A stretch of 64,000 bases of DNA, taken from positions 37,317,577 to 37,381,576 of the forward strand of contig JARFYF010000029.1 in NCBI GenBank assembly GCA_030265395.1, written 5' to 3'. Both the position numbers and the translations under genes were made by a program. This DNA comes from Rhina ancylostomus. Its lineage: Eukaryota. Within the stretch, counting starts at the first letter, position 1. Each line of letters opens with the position of its first letter. Below the pieces are notes generated by a model, which searched no databases, had not been told where the DNA came from, and saw only the letters and a program-made list of their open reading frames with translations. Shown here in pieces: positions 50,757 to 62,339 of the stretch.

Positions 50757-53700
50757 ATAAGACCATAAGTCATAGTAGCAGAATTAGGCCACTCGGCCCA
50801 TCAAGTCTACTCTGCCATTCGAATCACGGCTGATTTATTTTTCCCTCTCAATCCCATTCTCCTGACTTCTCCCTGTAAACTTTGACGCCCTTACTAATCA
50901 AGAACCTATCAACTTCTGCTTTAAATATACCCATGATTTGGCCTCCACAGCCATCTGTGCCAATGANNNNNNNNNNNNNNNNNNNNNNNNNNNNNNNNNN
51001 NNNNNNNNNNNNNNNNNNNNNNNNNNNNNNNNNNNNNNNNNNNNNNNNNNNNNNNNNNNNNNNNNNNNNNNNNNNNNNNNNNNNNNNNNNNNNNNNNNNN
51101 NNNNNNNNNNNNNNNNNNNNNNNNNNNNNNNNNNNNNNNNNNNNNNNNNNNNNNNNNNNNNNNNNNNNNNNNNNNNNNNNNNNNNNNNNNNNNNNNNNNN
51201 NNNNNNNNNNNNNNNNNNNNNNNNNNNNNNNNNNNNNNNNNNNNNNNNNNNNNNNNNNNNNNNNNNNNNNNNNNNNNNNNNNNNNNNNNNNNNNNNNNNN
51301 NNNNNNACTGTAAATGTGGTCTGACCAACACCTTATAAAGCCTCAACATTATATCCTTGCTTTTATACTCTAGTCCTCTTGAAATTAATGCTAACATTGC
51401 ATTTGCCTTCCTTACTACTGACTCAACCTACAAGTTGACCTTTAGGGATTCCTGCACTAGGACTCCCAAGTCCCTTTGCACCTCCGATTTCTGAATTTGC
51501 TCCCAATTTAGAAAATAGTCTATGCCTTTATTCCTTCCACCAAAGTGCATGTCCATACACTTGCCTATGCTGTATTCCACCTGCCACTCCACCTATCTTT
51601 GTATTATCTGCAAACCTGGCCACAAAGCCATCAATTTCATCATATAGAGATTTTCTGTCATATATCATATAACATATAATGTGAAAAGTAGCAGACCCAA
51701 CACCAACTCCTGAGGATTTGGCACTGGCAGCCAACCAAAACAGGTCCCCTTTATTCCCAATCTTTGCCTTTTGCCAGTCAGCCAATCTTCTATCCATGCT
51801 GGTACCTTTCCTGTAACACCATGGGCTCCTATCTTTAGCAACCTCGTGTGCAACACCTTGTCAAAGGCCTTCTGAAAATCCTGGCAAACAACATCCACTG
51901 ACTTCTTTGTCTATCCTGCCTGTTACTTCCTCAAAGAATTCCAACAGATTTGTCCGGCAAGATTTCCCCTCATTGAAACCATGCTGACTTTGGCCTATTT
52001 TATCATGTGCTTCCAAGTAACCCGAAACCTCATCCTTAATAATGGACTCTAACATCTTACCAACCACTGAAGTCAGGCTAATTGGCCTATAATCTCCTGT
52101 CTTTTGCCTCCTTCCCTTCTTAAACAGTGAATTGACATTTGTGANNNNNNNNNNCTACTAATGCCTCCACAATCTCTTTAGCTACTCTGGCGTGTAGTCC
52201 ATCTGATCCATGTGACTTATCTACCTTGAGACCTTTCAGCTTACCAAGCACCTTCTCCTTAGTAATATCGACTACACTCACTTCTGCTCCCTGACTGCCT
52301 TGAATTTCTGGCATATTGCTGGTGTCTTCCACAGTGAAGACTGATGCAAAATACTTATTCAGTCCGTCCACCATTTCTTTGTTCCCCATTACTACCTCTC
52401 CAGCATCATTTCCAAAATACATCTGCTCTTTTAATCTTTATATATTTGAAAAACACATTTGGTATCCTCTTTTATATTATTGGCTAGCTTACCTTCATAT
52501 TTCATCTTTTCTCCCCTTATTGCTTTTTTTGGTTGCCTCCTATGGGTTTTTAAAAGCGTCCCAATCCTCTAGCTTCCCACTAGTTTTTGCAATATTGTGT
52601 GTCCTCTCTTGGTTGCTCTTACGCTGTCTTTGACTTCCCTTATCAGCCACAGTTGCCTCATCCTCCCCTTAGAATCCTTCTTCTTGTTTAGGATGAGCTG
52701 ATCCTGTGTCTTCTGAAATACTCCCAGAAACTCCTACCATTGCTGCTCTACCACCATCTCTGCTGGGGCCCCCTTCCAATCAACTTTGGCCAGCTTCTCT
52801 CTTATGCCTCTGTAGCTACCTTCAGTCATCTGTAATACTGATGCATCCAATTTTATCTTCTCCCTCTCAAACTGCAGGGTGAATTCTATCATATTATGAT
52901 CACTACCTCCTAAGGGTTCCTTTACCTTAAGTTCCCTAATCAAATCTGGTTCATTACACAACACCAAATCCAGAATTGTATTTTCTCTAATGGGCTCAAC
53001 CACAAGCTGCTCTAAAAATCCATCTCATAGGTATTTTACAAATTCTCTGCCTTGGGATCCAGTACCAATCTACCTGCAAATTTCTCCAATCTACCTGTGT
53101 ATTGAAATCCCCCATGATCACCATAACATTGCCCTTTTTACATTCCTTTTCTTTCTCCTGTTGCAGGCTGCCCCCAGAACACTACGCAAAAGATGCATTT
53201 CACTGTGTGTTTCAATGTACATGTGACTAATAAAGATATCTTATCCCTTATAATTTGTACCCTGTATCCTGGCTACTATTCGGAGGTCTGTATATTTTTT
53301 TACCCTTGCAGTTTCTTAACTCCACCCACAAGGATTCAACATCTTCTGATCCTACGTCATTTCTTGCTAAGGATTTGATTTTACTTTTAACTAACAGAGC
53401 CATCCTGACCCTCTGTCTACTTGCCTGTCTTTTCAATAGGATATGTATCCTTGGATGTTTAGCTTCTGGCTGTGATCTTTCAACTATGACTCTGTGATGC
53501 CCACATCATATCTGCCAGTTTCTAACTGCACTATAAGCTCATCTACCTTATTTCATATACTGCGTGCATTCAAATATAACACTTTCAGTCAAGTATTCAC
53601 CACCCTTTTCAAATTTGTCTCCATATTGCCTGAAGTTAAATTCTTATCCCTTTCTAAACTTTCTGTCTTGTTCTTTGTTCTGGATCCTTCAGTAACCTCT

Positions 53701-54050
53701 CCTGCACTCTGCTTTCCTTTTACTTTATCCATACTTTTCCAAAATGTAGAAACCCCCCTCCACTATTTAGTTTGAAGTCCTCTCCACAACCCTACTTATG
53801 CGATTTGCCAGGACCCTGGTTCCAGCATGGTTCAGGTGGAGCCTGTCCCAACGGAACAGCTCCCTCCTTTTCTAATGGTGCCAATGTCCCACGAATTCAA
53901 ACCCACTTCTCTTACATTGGTCTTTGAGCATTTAACTCTCTAATCTTATTGACCCTGAGCCAATTTGCATGTGGCTCAGGTAGCAATCCAGGGATTATTA
54001 CCTTTTTGGATTTGCCTTTTAATTTAGTCCCTAGCTGCTGAAATTCCCTC
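50757..54050 (-). mobile_element. Long CR1 LINE relic: ORF1 esterase end, ORF2 endonuclease and RT, 3' UTR
   Basis: Minus strand: RELFRWDRLHLNHAGTRVLANRI (SGNH esterase block V of CR1 ORF1); VESLWVELRN..IYRPPNS and ILDLVLCNE..PLGGSDHNMI (APE endonuclease); SQHGF..GKSCRTNLLEFFE, DFQKAFDKV, ARFADNTKI, LVRPHL (RT). Frameshifted and gapped. Confidence 0.93.
53164..53248 (+). mobile_element. 5'-truncated V-SINE tail nested in the CR1 endonuclease region
   Basis: caggctgcccccagaacactacgcaaaagatgcatttcactgtgtgtttcaatgtacatgtgactaataaagatatcttatc closely matches 13000-13080; CR1 sequence resumes on both sides. Confidence 0.85.
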
Positions 54051-56942
54051 CCTTAAAGATAAGGAATATTGAAAGATAAGGAAATACGTACTTTTAACCA
54101 TGGACTCCGCAAACTGTTTTAAAATATTGGTGAAGGAGTGCTCAAGTCCTCCTGGACTTTGACTCCCTTTTATGTACATACTTTTACATGCCTCATTATT
54201 GTTGAATGAATTTTTCAGATTTTTCTGTCAATGAAAGGAGTGAGTTTTTGCAAATGTTTTGCATGCACAGTATATGGACTGAATAGCTTCATGTTTATAT
54301 TATTGGTTAGTTTAGTATGTCATCAAATTTAATTTTGTTTACACTAATTGAGCAGAAAGTCGTGAGGAGCCTCTGTAGTGCAACAATTTGATTTGTCAAT
54401 AACATACAAGTATCAACCTTCTTAAAATATTTGTGGTGAGATTATCTGAGACTGGTATCCAAGATTCTTTGTTTTAGTCCTTGTACTATTTGAGGACTAG
54501 GAAACTGTATGGGAATATACCTCCTGCATTTTATTGACAAAAGGGCAATTAAATGGCTATTTGAAAATATACCATATCATTATAGTAAATTGTTTCACTT
54601 TAAATATGATGCTCATTTTAGAACTTCCTGTTATCATTCATTATGCTCCATGTGCCTTTGAGGGAAACAGTAAAGTCTACTTAAGAAATTTTCAACTAAT
54701 TCTATCATTTACTGCTGTGTTATGAACACATATGGAATGTCCCAAGATACCATATAGAGGTTCTCTCATTGGTAACAATTATGCTTGACTTTACATGATC
54801 CCAGACTGAAACCATGGTGACTAAATTATGCATAATTTGAATTCTGTGATTGGAACCAGCAGAACCTCATGAACTTTCAGTGTATGTCCTGCCCAGGGCA
54901 GAGAATGTTTAAATTCTGTTGATTTCAGCCAAATTGCAATATTTCTTTTCTTAAAATTAAATGTCCAGCCTACAACATTTTCAGTTAGAAAACTATCTTC
55001 TAGTTATACTACTTATGTCTTCACCATGAAACATTTGTTATCAAAGGATTAAGGAGATTACAGAATAATTAACCATAATGGTTAGACTGTGAAGAAAAGT
55101 TATTTATAACAACTAAGGCATTGCTTGAATGGATGCAGTCACTAAAAATGTATTAATTATCTGCTTTTGGATTGGTGAAGTTGGTGTGGATGGTTGGAGC
55201 AACAATGCCTTGAATATGTGAGTGGGAAAAAAAATTCTCATTCATATTACTTTTTTGTAAAATGATTATGTATTGCAGAGCTTTCCCTTTGATGTTGGCA
55301 ATCTGTTCTAGTTGAAATGTAATTTTAAAATTCAATTTAAAATTCACTGGTGCTGCTAATGTGTCCTAGAGATTAACAAAACTGGTCGAGAAGAGAGATG
55401 TCCATGTTAATTGCCCGTTCCAACATTCTTTATGGGTCAGAAGGAGTGGGAGTGTTGGGCCCTACAAGGGCGCCCTCACCCTCCCACCTGCTAATAGCAG
55501 TCTCACGCTTTCTCCATTTACAATCACCAACTTTCTTTCACCCCATCACTTCCCCCAAGCCTATTCCATATGGAAAGAGCTTGGTATGAAGGATCCTGGC
55601 TGTGCCTTCCTGCCACCAGTTTTCTGACTCGGTCACTGGCCCAACTGTAAATTTGGCTGCCTTCCAGGCAAGAAATAAGAGTGAAAAAAGACAGTTAGGC
55701 CTTACTTTTAGATTCAAGAAATTCTTTTCTTCCTTGGCCTTGTCTTTCTCTTTGGTTATTTTCAGCCTTCCCTGCATCATCCCTGCCTCCCCATGAATGC
55801 CTGGTATCTTATCTCTGAAGTTCAGAACATCAAAGCCAATTCAAGCTCAGGGCCACTATAAATTAAACCCATTGTAAGGATTGATCTGAATGTAGTACTG
55901 TTTCATGCATATGCCAATGAAATTTGATATTGACCCTGACATCAAATCAATTTTAGTTTACATGCCCACCGTCGTGATCTTATTTCACTCACCATCAGGC
56001 TCTGTCTTGCAGCATTTGTAGCAAAATATTTAAACAAAAGGTCTGGATGTCTATGGTTTATGTGCATGAATGTGGCGGAGTTAAAAAACTGAAAAGTTTA
56101 TTGATGACTTCCCAGACTTAGACCACCCAGTTTCACTTAATAAACTCTTGTGTTTTGACCTACTCATCCTAAGTAATAGAACTTAATGTTGGTGTACTCA
56201 CGGGAATATAGGCACTGGTTCTATCAATTCACATTAGCAGTGCATATTAGAAGATTGAAAGTAGGTGAGCACTGATTTTTAAATAATTAAAATAAAAGGG
56301 GAGCAAAAACAATAACTGTGCATTGGAATTATGACATTCCAGTGAATTGTTTGTATCAGAGCCGCTGGTGGCTCGGTTGATGGAACACCTTTCTCTGAGT
56401 CAGAAAATTATAGGCTGAAGTCTCATTCACAAGTTATGGGATTACAATCAATGATCAGGTTTGGGAGTTGATAGCTGGGTTGNNNNNNNNNNNNNNNNNN
56501 NNNNNNNNNNNNNNNNNNNNNNNNNNNNNNNNNNNNNNNNNNNNNNNNNNNNNNNNNNNNNNNNNNNNNNNNNNNNNNNNNNGCTGTGTCAGGAAATTGA
56601 GGGGGGGTGTAATGGTTAGTTAGGCAAGGGGAGATTGTGTTGTGCAGGGAACACAAGGCACAGCTGAATATTACTAAAAGGGGACTTCAGATTCTTAGCG
56701 CTAAAGTGAGAACTGTTCAAGTAGTTCTGATGGTTCAGGTTTCACAAGAACAATGGAATTTTGTTTCTGCACAAGTAGTTTATGGGCAATGCTGGCATGC
56801 TTGAGATTGACTGTATGTTATGTAATAGAACAAGAGAACACCCAAGAATTAAAATCATGAACGCACACATGAAGTGTTTGATTTTCACTTATCTTTCTTG
56901 AAATAGAATCATCTAGTATACTTTTAAGAACTATGAAAACTA

Positions 56943-57900
56943 GTAAATTGGTTTATTATTGTCACAGTACTGAGGTACAGTGAAAAACTTTGTTTTGCGT
57001 GCCATCCATTCAGATTATTTCATCACATTAGTGCATTGAGGTAGTACAAGGGAAAAAGGACAACAGAATGTAGAATAAAATGCTGCAGTGTCTATCGATG
57101 CGCCATAGAAAGCATCCTAACTGGATGCATCACGGCTTGGTATCGCAACTACTCTGCCCATGTCTGCAAGAAACTGCAGAGAGTTGTGGAGACAGTTCAG
57201 CTCATCACAGAAACCAGCCTCCCCTNNNNNNNNNNNNNNNNNNNNNNNNNNNNNNNNNNNNNNNNNNNNNNNNNNNNNNNNNNNNNNNNNNNNNNNNNNN
57301 NNNNNNNNNNNNNNNNNNNNNNNNNAGACAGTTCAGCTCAACACAGAAACCAGCCTCCCCTCCATGGACTCTGACTATACTTCTTGCTGCCTCAGTAAAG
57401 CAGCTAACATAATCAAAGATCCCACCCACCCAGGATATTCTCTCTTCCCTCTCCCATTGGGCAAAAAGCCTGAAAGCACTTGCCACCAGGCTATTGAATG
57501 GTTCCCAACTATGATAAGATGGACTCTTGACCGCACAATCTACGTCGTTATGACCTTGCACCTTATTGTCTACCTGCACTGCATTTTCTCTGTAGCTATT
57601 ACATTTTATTCTGCATTCTGTTATTTTACTACTTCAATGCACTAATGTAATGAAATGATCTGTATGAATGGTATGCAAGGCAAACTTTCACTGGTATGTG
57701 TGACAATAATAAACCAATTCCAATTTGAGAGAAAGTGCAGTGCAAGCAACTATAAGGTGTAAGGCCACAATGAGGTAGATTGTGATGTCAAGAGTCCATC
57801 TTACTGTCCTAGAGGACTGTTCAATAGTCTCATAAGGGCGGGATAGAAGCTATCCTTGATCCTGGTGGTATGTGCTTTCAGGCTTTTGTATCTTCTGCTC
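56943..57900. mobile_element. Two Rex1/Babar-type LINE 3' fragments, one (plus, about 57090-57722) nested in the other (minus)
   Basis: Plus strand IESILTGCITAWYRNYSA and KAANIIKDPTHPGYSLF are typical of Rex/Babar ORF2 C-termini; tail gtgacaataataaaccaatt at about 57700-57719 and its reverse complement at about 56945-56965. Confidence 0.75.
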
Positions 57901-58034
57901 TGTGTGAGGATTTCTCCTAAAGTATTGCATCAGCAACTCCATTAGTTGAGTTTCATTCACCATCAATAAAGGATGTTTGGTTAGAAGCCTCCCTCACCAA
58001 ATTTCAATGTAGAAGAACATATAGGACATAGATA

Positions 58035-58350
58035 TAGACCCAGGGGTAAGAGATTTAGAGCATACCTTTTTTCACCCAGGGAGTGGTAAGTTTTTCATTG
58101 CACCTGTGCAGGCATGTACTTGTGCATATGACAATAAACTTGATTTTCAACGTTTGATTACTGAGAGAGTGGTGGAAGCAGAGTCACTTACAGCATTTAA
58201 GAAGTGTCTAAATGAGCACTTGAATCGCCTAGGCACTGAAGGCTATGGGCCAAGTGCTGGAAAATGGGAGTAATACAGATGGGTTCCCACTGGTCAGCAT
58301 GGATGTGGCAGGCCGAATGGCCTGTTTCCTTACTGTATGATTCAATGACT
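58035..58350 (+). mobile_element. CR1 3' fragment with a short foreign tail inserted at about 58095-58145
   Basis: ttttttcacccagggagtggta...gagagtggtggaagcag...catttaagaagtgtcta...ggccgaatggcctgtttccttactgtatgattcaatgact; insert catgtacttgtgcatatgacaataaacttga. Confidence 0.75.
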
Positions 58351-59289
58351 TCAGATCGCATAGCAGACAAACTCACGACACTCATCAATCCAATTTGTTT
58401 TGGCTTTTTTCTCTATTTTATGTATCAAATTGTATAGTTTTACATTTTCCCCACATTATACTCTACCCACCACTTGGTTAATATCGATATTCATTTGCGG
58501 AGTCTTTGTGCCCTTTTCATATCTCACTTTCCTTCTTAGCTTTGTATCATCAGGAAACTTGGGTGTGCTACACCATCCTTTCATTTAAAGGAATTGTGAA
58601 TAGCCGGGGTGCCAGTGTTACTCCCTATGACATCCCACTGGGTAACAATCTGCCAATCTGAAAACAGACTGTTTGCTCTTACTTTCTGTTTACTGTTTTG
58701 AACCAATCCTTTTTTCTGCACTAATGTTACTTTAACTGTTACGTAAGGATCTTTTTTTGAGGTATCTTATCAGATTTACCATTGTGTCTTACCAATCTGA
58801 CTAATGCATCATGTCAATCAGGCAGTACACACTACAAAATAAGTTAAAGCAATGTCTCCAAACAATTACTGTATGATCTATTGAGTGTACCTGTCAAGCA
58901 CAAAGTGAACTCTGTGGCACTCTTGGGTGTTATGATCTGCATCCATCTTCTTGAATGAACATTTTTATTGCAAATTATGCTGTCCAGTAATTTTGATGAT
59001 GCTATTCCCTTTTTTTCAGGGCTTCATTACAACCAACTAGTTGAATCAGTTTTCTCTTCTTGCTTCTTATATTTTTGTTTTTGCATTTTTGTTTGATTAT
59101 GCTATAGTAAAACATCGAAGAGGTTTTTGTTATTTAAAAAATATATAAATGCAAATAGTCATTGATGATAATGTTTGATCCTTGCGGCAAGACATTGCTA
59201 TCCTTGCGATAGCACATTGGGTTCCAGAAAGCATATTTTGATTGCAGAGTGTGCAAGGTTAATCACACCTCAGTATATAGGCAATACCT

Positions 59290-60830
59290 GTGTTTGCACA
59301 TGCCCAAAGGCCCAGCGTCAAGCTATTACCAATGTATTTACTGAAGCGCACAAGAGGATGGGCCTGACACCCAACATCACAAGACGACAGTTCTCTACCA
59401 AACTGCCCTGCTGTATCACTCTGCCCTCCAACAATCAACATTGTTGGCGAGACCCTGAAAACCTGGACCACTTCCCATATCCTGGGAGCCATTTCCCAAC
59501 AATATTGATGATAAAATTTACAATTACCTTCACAGTATTTGATTGGTTGAGGAAAGGGGTATTTGAAGATCAAGGTTCAAACTTATTGGAAAACTCATGG
59601 TCTACCAGGCAGCAGTGATCTTTGCTCTCCTATAAAAGTGATAGATTTATACAGCATGGAAACAGGCCCTTTGGCCCAACACATCTATGCTGACCAAGTT
59701 GCCTACCTGAGCTGGTTCCATCTGCCTGCATTTGGCCCTTATCCCTCTAAATACTTTTGATCCATGTACCTGTCCAAATGTGTTTTAAGTGTAATTATAG
59801 CTGTACCTGCCTCCACAGCTTCCTCCACATAACCACAAACCCATGTGTGGAAAACTGTCCCTCAGGTCCCATTTAAATGGTTCCCCTTAAGTGTGAGTTT
59901 TAGACTGCCCAATTCTGGGGAAGAGACTGTGAACACTCACCTTATCTATGCCCTCACAATTTTATACACCTCCATAAGGTCAACCCACAGCTTCCAACAT
60001 TCCAGAGAAAACAGCTGCAGCCTCTCCAGCCCCTCCCCATAATTCAAGCCCTCCAATCCCGGCAACATCCTTGTCTTTTCTGCACACTCCACAGCTGAAA
60101 CACTTCCTTTCTCCAGCTAGGTGACCAGAACTGCGCACAGTACTCTAAGTGAATTCTCACCAACATCTTTTACTGCTGTAACATGACATCCTGACTCGTG
60201 TACTCAGTGCCCTGAAGGCAAGAGTGCCCAATGCCTCCTTCACCACCCAAGCTTCTGAGACCTGGACTACCTGCAGCAGGTTGAAAAAATTCCACCATCA
60301 CTGTTTTTGAAGTCCTTCAAATTCACTGGAGAATAAGTAAATCAATGTCAATGTCTACTCCCAGTGCAATATCTCCAGTGCTGAGACAATAGTAATGCTC
60401 ATCTGGTAATGATAGACAGGTTATATTGTTTGCTTGCCCTACACCAGAATCAATAAACCCTCTATTACAAGCTCTGTCATGTAAAGATATTGCAGGGGAA
60501 CAAAGGAAAAAATTCAAGCTTGAGCTCACACCTTTCTTGAAGAAATCTAATATCCCACCCTGACTCCAAGGATTCTCTGGTCTGTGACTGCTCAAAGTGG
60601 AAAAGAAGCATTTGAGATGGTATTGAGAACATTAAGGTAATGCACCAGAAACGCACAGAGGCAGCAGAAGGAGCAGACAACCTCACAAAATGCCCATCCA
60701 CCAACCCTGTTGTCCATCACTTGCCTAATCTGTGAAAAAGTCCACTGCTCCACAGTGACCGCATTAGCCGTCTTTGAACTCACAAAACAAAGTAAATCAA
60801 CTTTGATCCTGAGGGAATGCATAAAAGCAG
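59290..60830 (+). mobile_element. Decayed RTE-clade LINE, split by a CR1 insertion
   Basis: Remnants FTEAHKRMGL, LDHFPYPGSH (VDHFPYLGS), ASETWTT..LKKFHHHC, GEQRKKFK (GGQRKRFKD), characteristic of RTE ORF C-termini. Confidence 0.7.
59633..60250 (-). mobile_element. CR1 3' fragment nested in the RTE element
   Basis: Reverse CR1 tail tatacagcatggaaacaggcccttggccc; gaccagaactgcgcacagtactctaagtg (HLEYCAQFWS). Confidence 0.85.
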
Positions 60831-61904
60831 AAATATATTAGATTTCAAATAAATAGTTGTCCACTGCAGAATACATGTATGTGAGTTTTCTTATCTTCCT
60901 TAATGTTTTTCATTTAATGATTCAGCAATGACTGGGGATTTTATTTTATTTTATGGAGTTGTAGAGACAGTATGACAGCAAAGGAGGTCATTTGGCCCAT
61001 TGGTCCTGATTGGTTACTGGCTCATCAAAATTCTGTGCCAACAGGCTTTTGTCATGATTTCTAATTACTAATTCAGTAATTTGTGTTTATTTGGTACAAA
61101 ATTACAATCCACTTAAAAGCTGTAATTTGTTTACAAAGTAGCAGAAAAATTAATCAACATGCAGATTTTAGATTGAGGGACTGCATGTACAAGTATCCAA
61201 GAAATTTGAAACTGACTGAGATGCTAAAACATTTGGTTAATATTTGTAATATATTCTGAAATAATGCTTTATACGCATGTAAGTTTTATGAAGATTTTTA
61301 TGTCAATCTATCTGTATTTTATGGTACTTAAAGAAATTTGTGTTTTTGTATTTATCTTTCTTCTTAGTAGTTGTAAAAATTCACACTCTTTGAGGAAACC
61401 ATGTACAAATATATATTGCTACAAGGCAATATTGTAAGATTACACAAAGGAGGCAAAACCTTTGAAACGATGAAAATGGACTTTTCTCTCGGATGTGGCT
61501 TCTCTCTCTCTGCATTCACTAATTTCTTTTTTTTGGCAAGACCTTAGTATTTTTATATTGGTATGACCCAATTCTGGTAATTATAAGCAGACATTTATTT
61601 TGTATCATGCCAATATTGTGGGGAGTCTGCCTCTGCAGTACACATAACTTCCTCTTAAAGATGACCGAAGAAAATTACTTTGATCAATGCATCAAAGCAC
61701 TTGATACCCATAAGATTCTCAATTTCCTGAGCAATAGTAATCCTGCTTCAATGGGGATGCAAGCATTCTAAAAGCATTTGTAATAAATGACCACTTCATG
61801 GTCCTTGTGGAGATAAACTCACATCTTCACTCTATGCACACTCTCTATCATGTTGTGTGGCACTATAGTCATGCCAAATGGGATAGACGTATAGGTATGG
61901 CATC

Positions 61905-61990
61905 AGATGCAGCCTGACCTGCTGAGTATTTCCAGCATTTTCTGCTTTTGTTTAGATTTCCAGCCTCTGCAGCTCTTTTGATTTTCACTC
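61905..61990. mobile_element. Penelope terminal-repeat fragment
   Basis: gatgcagcctgacctgctgagtatttccagcattttctg...agatttccagcctctgcag is similar to 46495-46562. Confidence 0.7.
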
Positions 61991-62339
61991 TGGCATTTCA
62001 AAGAAGGGTACTTATGAGATTCTCTGGGTCACCACCAACAACAGAAATGTACACAACTACAATCTGTAACTTCATACCTTGGAATGGCCTTCACTCAACC
62101 ATTGTAATCAGGTTAGGATATCAGCCCTGGTTCGTGAAGAGTGCAGTAGAGCATTTTGGAAGCAGCATCAGCATTTCTGAAAATGAGGTGCCAACCTGAT
62201 GAAACTGCAATGATTGACCTTGTGTGCTAATTAGCAAAATTAACATTTACTTGGTATAGCTAATTGATCCCATGATTCTGCATTCCTGCCACATCTCGTC
62301 ATGAGTAGTGATACACAATTAAACAGCGAATGAGAGGCA

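Noticed and set aside
51528-53436. Cluster of 60-100 aa ORFs as a multi-gene system
   Set aside because: Fragments of a single CR1 ORF2 broken by frameshifts and a SINE insertion.
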